Shown here piece by piece: positions 16,833 through 26,045 of a DNA stretch of 34,363 bases. The position numbers were made by a program, and so were the translations under genes. The stretch is from Actinobacteria bacterium UBA7524. GTDB taxonomy: Bacteria > Actinomycetota > Coriobacteriia > Anaerosomatales > UBA912. The notes under the pieces were generated by a model. It ran no database searches. It saw only the letters and a program-made list of their open reading frames with translations, and was not told the DNA's origin. The stretch is taken from the NCBI GenBank assembly GCA_002478275.1, contig DLMY01000015.1:1-34363 (forward strand), given 5' to 3'. The stretch's first letter is position 1, and every line of letters begins with the position of its first letter.

Positions 16833-18599
16833 TCAGTCGACCTTGAGATGCACCTCGCGCAGCTGTCGAGCTGAGACCGCATCGGGTGCCCCGGTGAGAG
16901 GGCAGGCGCCAGACGAGGTCTTGGGAAACGCTATGACGTCGCGTATCGACTCGGCTCCCGCCAGTATCATCACGAGGCGATCGAGACCGAGTGCGATGCC
17001 GCCATGCGGAGGAGCCCCGAACGAGAGAGCCTCGAGCAGGAATCCGAACTTGTCTCGCGCCTCTTCCGGGCCGATGTCCATGAGCGCGAGTATGCGCTCC
17101 TGCAGGACCGCGTCGTGCACACGTAACGTCCCACCACCGATCTCCAGCCCGTTGACGACCAGGTCGTAGCTGTACGAGAGCACGGTGCCCGGGTCAGTCT
17201 CCAGTACCTCCAGATGCTCGTCGAAGGGCCTGGTGAAGGGGTGATGGTTCGCCTGCCAGCGGTTTTCGTCCTCGTCCCACTTGAACAGCGGGAAATCGAC
17301 GACCCACAGCGGGTGGAAGCCCTCCGCATGCAGCCCGAGCTCCTCGGCAAGATGCACGCGCAGCACGCCGAGGACCTCGTTTGCCACGTCGTGCTCATCA
17401 GCGACCATCAGTGCGAGGTCACCCGGCTCGACGGCGAGAGTCTCGCGCAGCGCGACCATCTCGGCCTCGGTGAAGAACTTCGCTATCGGTGAGCGGACCT
17501 CCCCGTCGCTTCCGAACGCGACCCACGCAAGGCCCTTCGCGCCCGAGTCGATGGCCAGCTGGTTGAGCGCGTCGATCTTCCCGCGGCTGAAGTCCCCGGC
17601 GCCCTTGGCGTTGATGCCCTTCACGCGGCCACCGGACGCGAGCGCACCGGAGAAGACCTTGAACTCACTCTCGCGGAACACATCCACAAGACAATGCAGC
17701 TCCATCCCGTACCGGGTGTCTGGACGGTCGGAGCCGTAGCGATCCATCGCCTGTGCGTAAGTCATGCGCTCCAGCGCTTCTGGCCACGGCGCGCCTGCAG
17801 CTTCCATGACCTCGGCCATGACGTCTTCCATCATCGAAAGCACGTCGTCTTGCGTCACGAAGCTCATCTCGATGTCCACCTGCGTGAACTCGGGCTGACG
17901 GTCGGCGCGCAGGTCCTCGTCGCGGAAGCAGCGCGCGATCTGGTAGTAGCGCTCGACACCGCCCACCATGAGCAGCTGCTTGAAGAGCTGTGGCGACTGA
18001 GGCAACGCGTAGAACTCGCCCGGGTTCAGGCGGCTGGGCACGATGAAGTCCCGCGCGCCCTCAGGCGTGGATTTCGTGAGGATCGGTGTCTCGACCTCCA
18101 TGAACCCGCGCTCTTCGAGGCTGCGGCGGAAACGCTGGGTCACCCGGTCGCGCAGCGTGAGCGCGGCTAGCATCTCCGGGCGCCGGATGTCGAGATAGCG
18201 CCAGCGAAGGCGGGTCAGCTCATCGACATCGGTCTCCTCGGCGATCTCAAAGGCGGGCGTCTCGGCGGTGTTGAGCACCTCTGCCGAGGAGACCGCTACC
18301 TCTATCTCGCCGGTCGCCAGGTTCGGGTTCGCTGTGCCCTCGGGACGCTCGCGGACGGTACCATCGATGCGCACGACCCACTCGGGGCGCAGGCGCTCTG
18401 CAAGCGCGAACGCCTCGGATACGGCGGGGTCGAAGACGCACTGCACGAGCCCCGTGCGATCGCGCAAGTCGACGAAGATCAGTCCGCCGTGGTCCCGGCG
18501 GCGGTGCACCCAGCCGGCAAGCGTGACGGCGGCGCCGGTATCGGAGGCGCGCAGGGCGCCGTTCGTGTGAGAACGCATGGAGTAACGTGCGTCGAGCAT
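16833..18599 (-). CDS. aspS: Aspartate--tRNA ligase, probably non-discriminating (Asp/Asn)
   Basis: GWVHRRRDHGGLIFVDLRD, TPEGARDF, ALPQSPQLFKQLLM, FRDEDLRADRQPEF, PPHGGIALGLDR. The His in RRDHGG is the anticodon-domain residue associated with ND-AspRS. AGGAGG RBS before ATG 18599. Confidence 0.97.
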   Translation of the reverse strand: MLDARYSMRSHTNGALRASDTGAAVTLAGWVHRRRDHGGLIFVDLRDRTGLVQCVFDPAVSEAFALAERLRPEWVVRIDGTVRERPEGTANPNLATGEIEVAVSSAEVLNTAETPAFEIAEETDVDELTRLRWRYLDIRRPEMLAALTLRDRVTQRFRRSLEERGFMEVETPILTKSTPEGARDFIVPSRLNPGEFYALPQSPQLFKQLLMVGGVERYYQIARCFRDEDLRADRQPEFTQVDIEMSFVTQDDVLSMMEDVMAEVMEAAGAPWPEALERMTYAQAMDRYGSDRPDTRYGMELHCLVDVFRESEFKVFSGALASGGRVKGINAKGAGDFSRGKIDALNQLAIDSGAKGLAWVAFGSDGEVRSPIAKFFTEAEMVALRETLAVEPGDLALMVADEHDVANEVLGVLRVHLAEELGLHAEGFHPLWVVDFPLFKWDEDENRWQANHHPFTRPFDEHLEVLETDPGTVLSYSYDLVVNGLEIGGGTLRVHDAVLQERILALMDIGPEEARDKFGFLLEALSFGAPPHGGIALGLDRLVMILAGAESIRDVIAFPKTSSGACPLTGAPDAVSARQLREVHLKVD

Positions 18600-18726
18600 G
18601 ATCGAGTCCCTCCTGGAGTCACTGAGTCACCCAAGGATAGCCGAAGGGAGCCATGACTTCAGCACAAGACACCCATCGGATACAATCGGTGTGGCCTGGT
18701 ACCCCAAACCCACACGAGGTCCCGCC

Positions 18727-21057
18727 GTGACGCAACGGCCCCTGCCTTTCTCTACAGACCGTGTCGTCTTGTTCGTGCTCGCCGTCATGGGCGCCGTATC
18801 GCTCGTCTATCAGGTGACCTGGACCCGCCAGCTCACGACACTACTGGGCTCTACGGTCAGCGCCGTCGCACTGATCACCGCGATGTTCATGCTCGGCATG
18901 GCACTGGGCGCGTGGCTGATGGGCGCCCGAAGTGATGGGCCAGGCAGGCCACTGCGTACGCTCGCTCTGCTCACGGGTGGCCTGGGAGTCACGGGACTGA
19001 TCGCGATCCCTCTCTACGATCTGGCGTCGCGCGTCTACGTCTCGGGCTTCCTGGGCACCTCACGCCTCTCTCTGCTGGTACTCGGGGCCGTTCTCGCCGG
19101 GGCGATGACACTTGTGCCGACCGCCCTCGTCGGTGCAGGCTTCCCTGTAGCCTCGCGAATCCTGTCGATCCACCGTCGGGACATCGCATCGGGAGTAGGT
19201 TCTGCATACGTTGCAGGAACCATAGGGTCAGTGACGGGTGCCCTGGCAGCCGGTTTCGCCCTCGTGCCCGGACTCGGGGTCAACATGACCATCATGGCCG
19301 TGGCCGCGCTCAGCGCTGCAGCCGGTGTCGCGCTTCTCCTGATGAACGGTCGCATACCGGAAGATGTCGAGGCTCTCGCGCCCACCACCGAGCCGGACCA
19401 GGGGCAATCAGCAGACCGTCACAGCGACGATCACCTCACCCGGCGGCCCGCTCTGGTGGCGTTCGTGCTGTCAGGGGCTTCCATCATGATCTATGAAACG
19501 GTCTGGGCAAGGGAGCTTCTGTTGGTCTTCGGCGCCAGTGTCTATGCCGTCGCAACCATGCTTGCCGCCGTTCTCAGCGGCCTGGCGATAGGACAGTGGC
19601 TCGGCAGCCGAAATGCGCAAGGCCGCCATGGAGCGCTGGGGACGATCGGCTTGTTGCAGCTGGCAGGTGCGGGTGCGGCCCTGTTATCGCTTCCTCTCAC
19701 CAGAGCAGTCCCCTTCGCGTACTTCGTTGCGCGCGCGGTGATCCCCGGTAACCTCGCAACGTTCGCCGCAACACAATTCGCACTGACGTTCGTCGTGGTC
19801 GCTGCCCCCTGTGTGCTGCTGGGTGCGACAGCGCCCATCGCCACACGCCTGGCTACTTCGACCCGAACGTTCCTGGGCAAGGATATCGGTCTGGCGTATG
19901 CCCTCAACACTTTCGGCGCGGTCGTGGGCTCGCTTATCGGTGGGCTGGTCCTGATGCCCCTGTTCTCGACCGCGGGAACCGCGATCGCAGCCGCAGCGCT
20001 GAACACGACTGCTGGGATGATCGCGCTACGAAGGGTGATGGCGCTGGATGTCGTGCGCAGGGCTCGCCTGGCACAAGCCGCGATGCTCCTGGCCGCCGGC
20101 GCTGCATCACTGCTATTCGTCAACAGTGCATCACCGTTACTCAACCTGGCCGTAGGCCGTGCACATCACTCAGGTGACATCCGCCAGTTGCTCGAGTCGG
20201 TCCGAATGATGAACGTCGTGTACGCGAAGGATGCGCCTCAGGGCCGCGTCGCAGTCTACGAGGACCCTGTGGGCGCACGCTCCCTGTACGCCTCTGGTAT
20301 GAACGAGGGTGCGCATGGATTCCAGGACATGCAGACGATGGAGCTCATCGTACGCATTCCCGTCGCAAGTCACGGTGAGATCGGCAGCGCGCTCGTCGTA
20401 GGACTGGGAACGGGAACCACATCGCTCCTGACACTCAGCGCGCCCGGTGAGCCGGTCGTCGACACCGTCGAGATCAACCCGGCTGTCGTCGAAGCGTCAC
20501 GTTACTTCATCGACACGATCCTGGAGACCCATCCTCGATCCAACATCATCCTTGACGACGCACGCCATCACTACACGACCACCGATATGCGCTATGACCT
20601 GATCGCGTCAGAGCCCAGCTACCCACTCTCCACCTATTCGGCACGGATGTTCACACGCGAATCACTCGAAGCGGCGTACCGCATCCTCAAGCCCGATGGC
20701 GTCATGCTCCAATGGTTGCCTGCCTACCTCATGGACGAGGAGGACCTGCTCATGATGACCAAGACTTTCGGGGAGGTCTTCCCCCAGTCGCACGTTTGGG
20801 TCACATACGTACCCGGCACGACGAACAGGGTCGACTACATGTTGGTGGGCGTGCACGGCGACTTCGAATTCGACCCGCCGGCAGTCCGCGAGTCGATACT
20901 GGAAAGCGGCGGGGACATCTACGAGTTCGAGCACATCATGGGGCCTGACGAGATCACCGAACTCGTGGAAGACCCCTCGATTCCTTCGAACACTGATGAC
21001 CGACCCATCTTCGAGTACCGGGCGCCGCTGCGCTACCTGCGGGCGGTGTGGGACTAA
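18727..21057 (+). CDS. Fused multi-TM (MFS-like) / spermidine-synthase-like SAM-binding domain protein
   Basis: Two homologous TM halves (SLVYQVTWTRQL..LLGSTVSAVA vs IMIYETVWAREL..VFGASVYAVA), then VVGLGTGTT, VEINP, DDAR, YDLIASEP, NTDDRPIFEY. Likely GTG start at 18727 (GAGG RBS; TACAAT at 18681-18686). Confidence 0.88.
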   Translation: MTQRPLPFSTDRVVLFVLAVMGAVSLVYQVTWTRQLTTLLGSTVSAVALITAMFMLGMALGAWLMGARSDGPGRPLRTLALLTGGLGVTGLIAIPLYDLASRVYVSGFLGTSRLSLLVLGAVLAGAMTLVPTALVGAGFPVASRILSIHRRDIASGVGSAYVAGTIGSVTGALAAGFALVPGLGVNMTIMAVAALSAAAGVALLLMNGRIPEDVEALAPTTEPDQGQSADRHSDDHLTRRPALVAFVLSGASIMIYETVWARELLLVFGASVYAVATMLAAVLSGLAIGQWLGSRNAQGRHGALGTIGLLQLAGAGAALLSLPLTRAVPFAYFVARAVIPGNLATFAATQFALTFVVVAAPCVLLGATAPIATRLATSTRTFLGKDIGLAYALNTFGAVVGSLIGGLVLMPLFSTAGTAIAAAALNTTAGMIALRRVMALDVVRRARLAQAAMLLAAGAASLLFVNSASPLLNLAVGRAHHSGDIRQLLESVRMMNVVYAKDAPQGRVAVYEDPVGARSLYASGMNEGAHGFQDMQTMELIVRIPVASHGEIGSALVVGLGTGTTSLLTLSAPGEPVVDTVEINPAVVEASRYFIDTILETHPRSNIILDDARHHYTTTDMRYDLIASEPSYPLSTYSARMFTRESLEAAYRILKPDGVMLQWLPAYLMDEEDLLMMTKTFGEVFPQSHVWVTYVPGTTNRVDYMLVGVHGDFEFDPPAVRESILESGGDIYEFEHIMGPDEITELVEDPSIPSNTDDRPIFEYRAPLRYLRAVWD

Positions 21058-22331
21058 GCGAGCCGACTGTGCACGTCGTCGACGATGCCCTGAATCGCAA
21101 CTCGATCGCTGGCACCATCCGACATGTCCCGCACCGTGACTTCGCCTGCCGCCAGCTCATCGGGACCGACCACGACCACGAGTGCGGCGCCCAGCTTGTC
21201 AGCCTGCTTGAACTGCGCCTTGAGCGAGCGCGCCATGTGGTCGAGCTCCGCTGCGACACCCGCGTCACGAAGCCGCTGTGCGAGCTCGAACGCCTCACCT
21301 GCGACGCTCTCGTCGACGCGTGCCACGTAGACTTCGGCCCGAGGTGGAGCGGGTATCTTCGCGCCGGACGCCTCCATCGCCAGCAACGTGCGCTCGAATC
21401 CGAGCGCGAAACCGAGGCCCGGCGTGGGCTTGCCTCCGAACTGTTCCATCAAGCGGTCGTAGCGCCCTCCCCCGCCGATGGCGTTCTGCGCCCCGAGGCC
21501 TGCGTCTACCTGGACCTCGAAGACGGTGCGTGTGTAGTAGTCGAGGCCGCGGACGAGACGTGGTTCCTCGGCGTACGGGATCCTCAGTGTGTCGAGATGG
21601 CCTTTGACGGCCTCGTAGTGGGCCGCACACGGCTCGCAGAGCCGGTCGCGCAGCAGCGGAGCGCCGGACATGACCTCCTGGCAACTGGGGTTCTTGCAGT
21701 CGAAGGCGCGTAGCGGGTTGGTGCCCGCGCGCCGGTCGCATTCGTCACACATCGCTCCAGCGTGCTCGCGAATGTATGCGGCGACATTGTCGCGATAGGC
21801 CGGGCGGCAGTCCTCGTCACCCATCGAGTTGAGCAGGAGACGCATCTGCGCAGCGGGGATGCCGAGGGTCTCGAAGTAACGCCACAGCACCGCGATGACC
21901 TCGGCGTCCGCACTGGGTTCGGGTGCGCCGAGGCACTCGATGCCGATCTGCCAGAACTGGCGCATACGGCCCTTCTGCGGACGCTCGTAACGGAACATCG
22001 GCCCCGAGTAGTAGAGCTTAGCGAACGAGCCCTGGGGCACCAGGCTGTGCTGGAGCGCCGCACGCACCACGCTGGCGGTGCCTTCAGGGCGCAACGTGAG
22101 TGAGTTGGGCGGGTCGCTGCGGTCATCGAATGTGTACATCTCCTTGGCGACGATGTCGGTCGCCTCACCGATGCCGCGCGCGAAGATCTCTGTATGCTCG
22201 AACAAAGGCGTGTAGACGGGCTCGTATCCGTAGCGCGCGAAGAGCTCCTGCGCGGTGCGCGTCATGTGCTCCCATGCGCGCGCCACATCGGGAAGCATAT
22301 CGGCCGTACCCCTGGGTGCTCGCGCGTCCAC
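21054..22331 (-). CDS. hisS: Histidine--tRNA ligase
   Basis: APRGTAD, KEMYTF, LRPEGTA, FRYERPQKGRMRQF, RLVRGLDYY, GGGRYD, GFALGFER. Confidence 0.98.
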   Translation of the reverse strand: MDARAPRGTADMLPDVARAWEHMTRTAQELFARYGYEPVYTPLFEHTEIFARGIGEATDIVAKEMYTFDDRSDPPNSLTLRPEGTASVVRAALQHSLVPQGSFAKLYYSGPMFRYERPQKGRMRQFWQIGIECLGAPEPSADAEVIAVLWRYFETLGIPAAQMRLLLNSMGDEDCRPAYRDNVAAYIREHAGAMCDECDRRAGTNPLRAFDCKNPSCQEVMSGAPLLRDRLCEPCAAHYEAVKGHLDTLRIPYAEEPRLVRGLDYYTRTVFEVQVDAGLGAQNAIGGGGRYDRLMEQFGGKPTPGLGFALGFERTLLAMEASGAKIPAPPRAEVYVARVDESVAGEAFELAQRLRDAGVAAELDHMARSLKAQFKQADKLGAALVVVVGPDELAAGEVTVRDMSDGASDRVAIQGIVDDVHSRLA

Positions 22332-22366
22332 GTGCCGCCTTTCTTTCGATGTTCGAACGGGTTTCG

Positions 22367-22372
22367 AGTGTA
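22367..22372 (-). promoter_or_regulatory. Putative -10 element of the hisS promoter
   Basis: TACACT 35 nt upstream of the start, the same hexamer as at the 6S and DUF948 promoters; no clear -35. Confidence 0.4.
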
Positions 22373-22443
22373 TCCGAAGCCTGCATGACGTGCTATCGGA
22401 TCAAGTGCTCCGATGTGGGCTTGCGCAGCACGCCCGTGCCGCC

Positions 22444-22899
22444 TCACCCCTCCTCCAACTCGCCGAGGAGTGCCTCGATGTCGAAGCCCTCGACGAATGG
22501 GTCGCAGAAGCGCACACCTTCGACGGTCAACCCGTCGGTGAAGTCCTCGCTGAGCACCACCGGCGCTCCCCACATCCGCGCGGCCGCCCATATCTGCGCG
22601 TCGTAGAAGGAGAACCCGTGACGGGCCACGCCGTCCACCGCCCGGGCCACGATCTCCGAAGTCACCGGAACGACGATCGCGCCTTCACTCAGTCGGTCCA
22701 CCATCAAGTGCGCCTCATCCGGCTCCGACCACAGCCGCAAGACGCTGTTCGCTGACTCCGACACGACCTGAGAAGACACTGTCGTTCCGGGATACGTCGC
22801 CAGCGCCATCCACAGCTCACGCGCGAATGCGTGCTTGCGAAGGTCACGGTCATCCACGGCGTAGACAACGACGTTCGTGTCGATGAAGAGCTTCGTCAC
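22444..22899 (-). CDS. vapC: PIN-domain toxin (VapC family)
   Basis: FIDTNVVVY, SQVVSE, SFYDAQIWAAA, LSED acidic tetrad; GTGA overlap with the antitoxin gene. Confidence 0.92.
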   Translation of the reverse strand: MTKLFIDTNVVVYAVDDRDLRKHAFARELWMALATYPGTTVSSQVVSESANSVLRLWSEPDEAHLMVDRLSEGAIVVPVTSEIVARAVDGVARHGFSFYDAQIWAAARMWGAPVVLSEDFTDGLTVEGVRFCDPFVEGFDIEALLGELEEG

Positions 22900-23180
22900 T
22901 TAGGCATCCCCCGAGGGGGCTCGTAGAGTGCTGCCCTACCGGGCCAGGCAGGTCCGGTGACACCTCTCTTCTCAGCAACCCCGGACATCCGGTCGCCTAT
23001 GGCGAGCATTTCCTCGACAGCGCGGATCCTGCGCCGTCTCGCAAAGTCAGCGTCGAGCAGGGCGTCTATAGCCTCGCGTATAAGCTCGGATTCCGTACGT
23101 CCCGAAGCGGCCGCGTGCTCTTTGAGCAGCCGCTCCTGGCGATCGTCTATGTAGACCTGTTTGCGCACCATGCGTCCCAT
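22896..23180 (-). CDS. Ribbon-helix-helix (CopG-type) antitoxin
   Basis: MVRKQVYIDDRQERLLKEHAAASGRTESELIREAID is an RHH pattern; directly upstream of the PIN gene. Start at 23180 or 23171. Confidence 0.88.
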   Translation of the reverse strand: MGRMVRKQVYIDDRQERLLKEHAAASGRTESELIREAIDALLDADFARRRRIRAVEEMLAIGDRMSGVAEKRGVTGPAWPGRAALYEPPRGMPK

Positions 23181-23250
23181 GATGACCCACCTGCCTTGCC
23201 GAAATCGAAACAGCGTCCAACCCCTGCCGTAGTCAGCGTGTGCTCGCTCC

Positions 23251-23291
23251 GCGATGTATAGTATACATCGCACCACCACTACACGTGTAGT
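23251..23291. promoter_or_regulatory. Two palindromic operators overlapping the putative vapBC promoter
   Basis: GCGATGTATA-G-TATACATCGC (23251-23271) contains TATACT on the minus strand; ACTACACGTGTAGT (23278-23291). Confidence 0.7.
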
Positions 23292-23325
23292 ACCCGTCTC
23301 GCATGACATGAACTGTGATGCGCCC

Positions 23326-23355
23326 CGCCGGATAGGCGGCCGAGGCGATCCGGCG
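23326..23355 (-). terminator. Possible hairpin closing the cytochrome maturation cluster
   Basis: CGCCGGAT...ATCCGGCG inverted repeat immediately after the stop codon at 23356; no U tract. Confidence 0.3.
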
Positions 23356-23727
23356 TCAGGACTCGCCGGTAGCCGCAGCTTCGATAGACCGCTTTACGCG
23401 GCGCCACATCACCACACCGGCTACGACCGCAGCAACCTCGACTACGTGCTTCACCGCGATGGCGGTCACTAAGTCCCCCCTTACGGCACCGAGGTCATGC
23501 GTATTGAAGAAGATCACGCGCGGAACGCCGCCGATCACCACCCACACAAGAGCCCCGATCGCGAACTTCGTCAGCGTCGGATAAGACCGTGCCAGAACGG
23601 CGATCTCCTCGGCGGAACCGCTTCGGGCCCTGCGTCCGAGCACCCACATGATCGCGGCTGCGGCCACCAGCACGGCCGTGGCCACGTCGTGGAAGTAGTT
23701 GTTCATGATGATGAGGATGTCGAACAT
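23356..23727 (-). CDS. Small membrane protein (about 3 TM) with two helix-associated His (NNYFHD, AVKH); CopD/DUF4149-like topology
   Basis: 123 aa, three hydrophobic segments; the ATG directly abuts the ccsA stop. Confidence 0.75.
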   Translation of the reverse strand: MFDILIIMNNYFHDVATAVLVAAAAIMWVLGRRARSGSAEEIAVLARSYPTLTKFAIGALVWVVIGGVPRVIFFNTHDLGAVRGDLVTAIAVKHVVEVAAVVAGVVMWRRVKRSIEAAATGES

Positions 23728-24591
23728 CTACCTACCTCGTCCCATGTCGACGTCGAAACTGCCGATATCTCTGAACAGATGATACGAACTCGGCAGGAGC
23801 TGGACACCCCAGAAGCTCATCATCACGCCGAAGAGCGCCAAGAACGCCACCCAGGCGAGCCTGGGACCTCGCCAGCCGAGCGTCAGGTAGGCGTGAAGGT
23901 AGAAGGCGTACGCAAGCCAGGTCAGCAGACTCCAGGTCTCAACGGGATCCCAGCGCCAGTAAGAACCCCACAGCTCGTACGCCCATATCGCACCTGACGC
24001 GATCATCACGGCATTGACGACGAATCCGAAAGCCACGAGCCTGAAGGTGATCTCGCGCAAGCGCTCGGGCCCCGGGGCCTTGTCGAGCACCGAGCCGGGC
24101 ACACTTCGCGCTCCACGCCTGGCCTTGAGCAACTCGATGCCCGCCAGCGACGCGGCGGCCACGTATCCCGCGTACGTCGCCCAGGCGAACAGGACGTGGA
24201 TCACGAGCCACACACTCTTGTACGGGGGGGTGACGGGTCCTGCCTCGGCTGGTACGAGAAGGCCGTAACCGATGGTCAGTAGCACGAACGGCATGACGAT
24301 AAGCCCCGCCACGCGGGTCTTGCGGTAGACGAGCGCCACCACGAGGTACGTCAAGACTATCGCCCACGTGCCTGACAGCGCGTTCTCGTAGTCCTGTACG
24401 TAAGGGAGCCGTCCGGTCGAGGTCCAGCGCGCGATGACCGATGCGGTCTGTGCGGCGAACCCCACACAGGTGACCATGAACGCCGAGGAGACCAGCTTCT
24501 CGCGCGCGAATACGACGCCTGCGGTGTACAGCAGTGTTGCCGCAGCGTAAGCCAGTGCGGCGAGCCAGAAGGAAGAGGCCTCTATCGTCAT
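23728..24591 (-). CDS. ccsA: System II cytochrome c synthase subunit CcsA/ResC (copy 1)
   Basis: RW..TGRLPY..YE, WLVIHV, WGSYWRWDPVETW (WWD domain), YAFYLH, SYH. Confidence 0.95.
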   Translation of the reverse strand: MTIEASSFWLAALAYAAATLLYTAGVVFAREKLVSSAFMVTCVGFAAQTASVIARWTSTGRLPYVQDYENALSGTWAIVLTYLVVALVYRKTRVAGLIVMPFVLLTIGYGLLVPAEAGPVTPPYKSVWLVIHVLFAWATYAGYVAAASLAGIELLKARRGARSVPGSVLDKAPGPERLREITFRLVAFGFVVNAVMIASGAIWAYELWGSYWRWDPVETWSLLTWLAYAFYLHAYLTLGWRGPRLAWVAFLALFGVMMSFWGVQLLPSSYHLFRDIGSFDVDMGRGR

Positions 24592-26042
24592 CGCGGTTCC
24601 TCTCCGTCTCGCAGACGGTTGCTGACGGCACCATCTGTGCCGGCCACATCCGTGTCCGCACCGCTCTCATCGCCCACATCACCGGTCACGACTCGAACAC
24701 CCGGCTGTCCCTCGAATTCAGCGTACAACCGTCTCATCTCGCGGGGCGCATGCGCACTCCAATAGCGCTGCTGACCCCACATCCGAAAGACCGGCTCCCC
24801 ATCAAACGTGTCAGGTACGACTGCCACCTGCCTGTCCGGGTCGAGGAAACGCATACATGCCCCGACTATGACGAGCAGGAATCCCAGATAGACGATGTGG
24901 CGGCCCCCGTCGGCCCGGACCATGAAACGGTTCCAGAGCCGCACTTCTTTGATAGTGACCGTGTACCCATCCCTGTCAGTGGACTGTCCCGGTTCGAGCC
25001 ACACGTAATCGCGCACCGACTCCTGTCTCCCGGCACGCACACCGACGACCGGCTCACGTAGGTCGAGTCCTCGCTCCACCGGTTCATCAACCGGGCGCGA
25101 GGAATCCGGGCGAGACAACAGGCGTATCTCAAGCCCGTCAACGTCCAGGGAATCTGAGTATCCCTCAGGCCCACTCTCCCCCATATTGACGAACGAGTCG
25201 AACAGCGAGGCTCCGTCCGGCCCTGCGACACTCACCCAAACGGCATGTCCCGTGTCGTAGAGCAGGAACGACTTCCCGTCCACCAGAACGGGGTAGTTGA
25301 CCCTTCCCTTGTCCTCGCGACTCGCACCGGCATCCGAGACGACCATGTGCGCCACGGCGTCCACGATAGTGTCGCCTTCGTACTCGAACTCCATGCGCTC
25401 CAGCGCGATCTGGAACTCACCGAACTGGGTCCCCCAGCGGGGTACCTGATCGATATGGAGGTACGACTCGGGCACGTCAGCCACCGTTTGTCCCTCGGTC
25501 AGGACCATCTCTCCGCGAAACGCCGTCAGGCCGCTCACGACGCCACCCGCCGCGAGAATCACCAGCGCCGCATGAAGAATCACCGAGCCCCAGTAGCCCG
25601 TGGTTCCTCGGCGCACTACGTAGGCGAGCAGCCCAAGGGGTGATCGCGTCTCGATCGCGCTCAGCGATCTCATCGATCGCTCGACGGCATCCGGATCCAG
25701 CCCATGGATGACCATGGCCTCAGCGGGAACCGTGCCGATGGTGGCTGCGCCCATCACTCGCCTGCGGCGAACCATCCGCCGCAGAGTGCACACAGTCAGG
25801 TTGAGGGCCAGCAGCGCTGCAACGACGTAGAAGAGGAACGAGGAGAACAGCGCGTCGAGACCGGCGGTCGCAACGAGCCATCCGAGTGCGTCCGGCAACA
25901 TGGCGAGGAACTCGTCCACCTGCTCGGGGGGATAGATGCCGCGCTGAGGCACGAGGAACGACAGCACGAGAAACCCGAGCAGGATGCCGATGAGCCAGCC
26001 CGCCAGGCGCACGGAAGCCAGGAATCTCATCATGCGTCTCAC
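24588..26042 (-). CDS. ccsB: System II cytochrome c biogenesis protein CcsB/ResB (copy 1)
   Basis: RFLASVRLA..VPQ, FSSFLF..LNLTVCTLRR, WGSVILHAAL (TM His), VNYPV..DG, C-terminal TM; ATGA coupling to ccsA. Confidence 0.9.
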   Translation of the reverse strand: MRRMMRFLASVRLAGWLIGILLGFLVLSFLVPQRGIYPPEQVDEFLAMLPDALGWLVATAGLDALFSSFLFYVVAALLALNLTVCTLRRMVRRRRVMGAATIGTVPAEAMVIHGLDPDAVERSMRSLSAIETRSPLGLLAYVVRRGTTGYWGSVILHAALVILAAGGVVSGLTAFRGEMVLTEGQTVADVPESYLHIDQVPRWGTQFGEFQIALERMEFEYEGDTIVDAVAHMVVSDAGASREDKGRVNYPVLVDGKSFLLYDTGHAVWVSVAGPDGASLFDSFVNMGESGPEGYSDSLDVDGLEIRLLSRPDSSRPVDEPVERGLDLREPVVGVRAGRQESVRDYVWLEPGQSTDRDGYTVTIKEVRLWNRFMVRADGGRHIVYLGFLLVIVGACMRFLDPDRQVAVVPDTFDGEPVFRMWGQQRYWSAHAPREMRRLYAEFEGQPGVRVVTGDVGDESGADTDVAGTDGAVSNRLRDGEEPR

Positions 26043-26045
26043 CGT

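Noticed and set aside
22332..22443. T-box riboswitch upstream of hisS (also checked for aspS and alaS)
   Set aside because: The leaders are too short and no T-box consensus (GGTGGNACC) with a terminator is visible.
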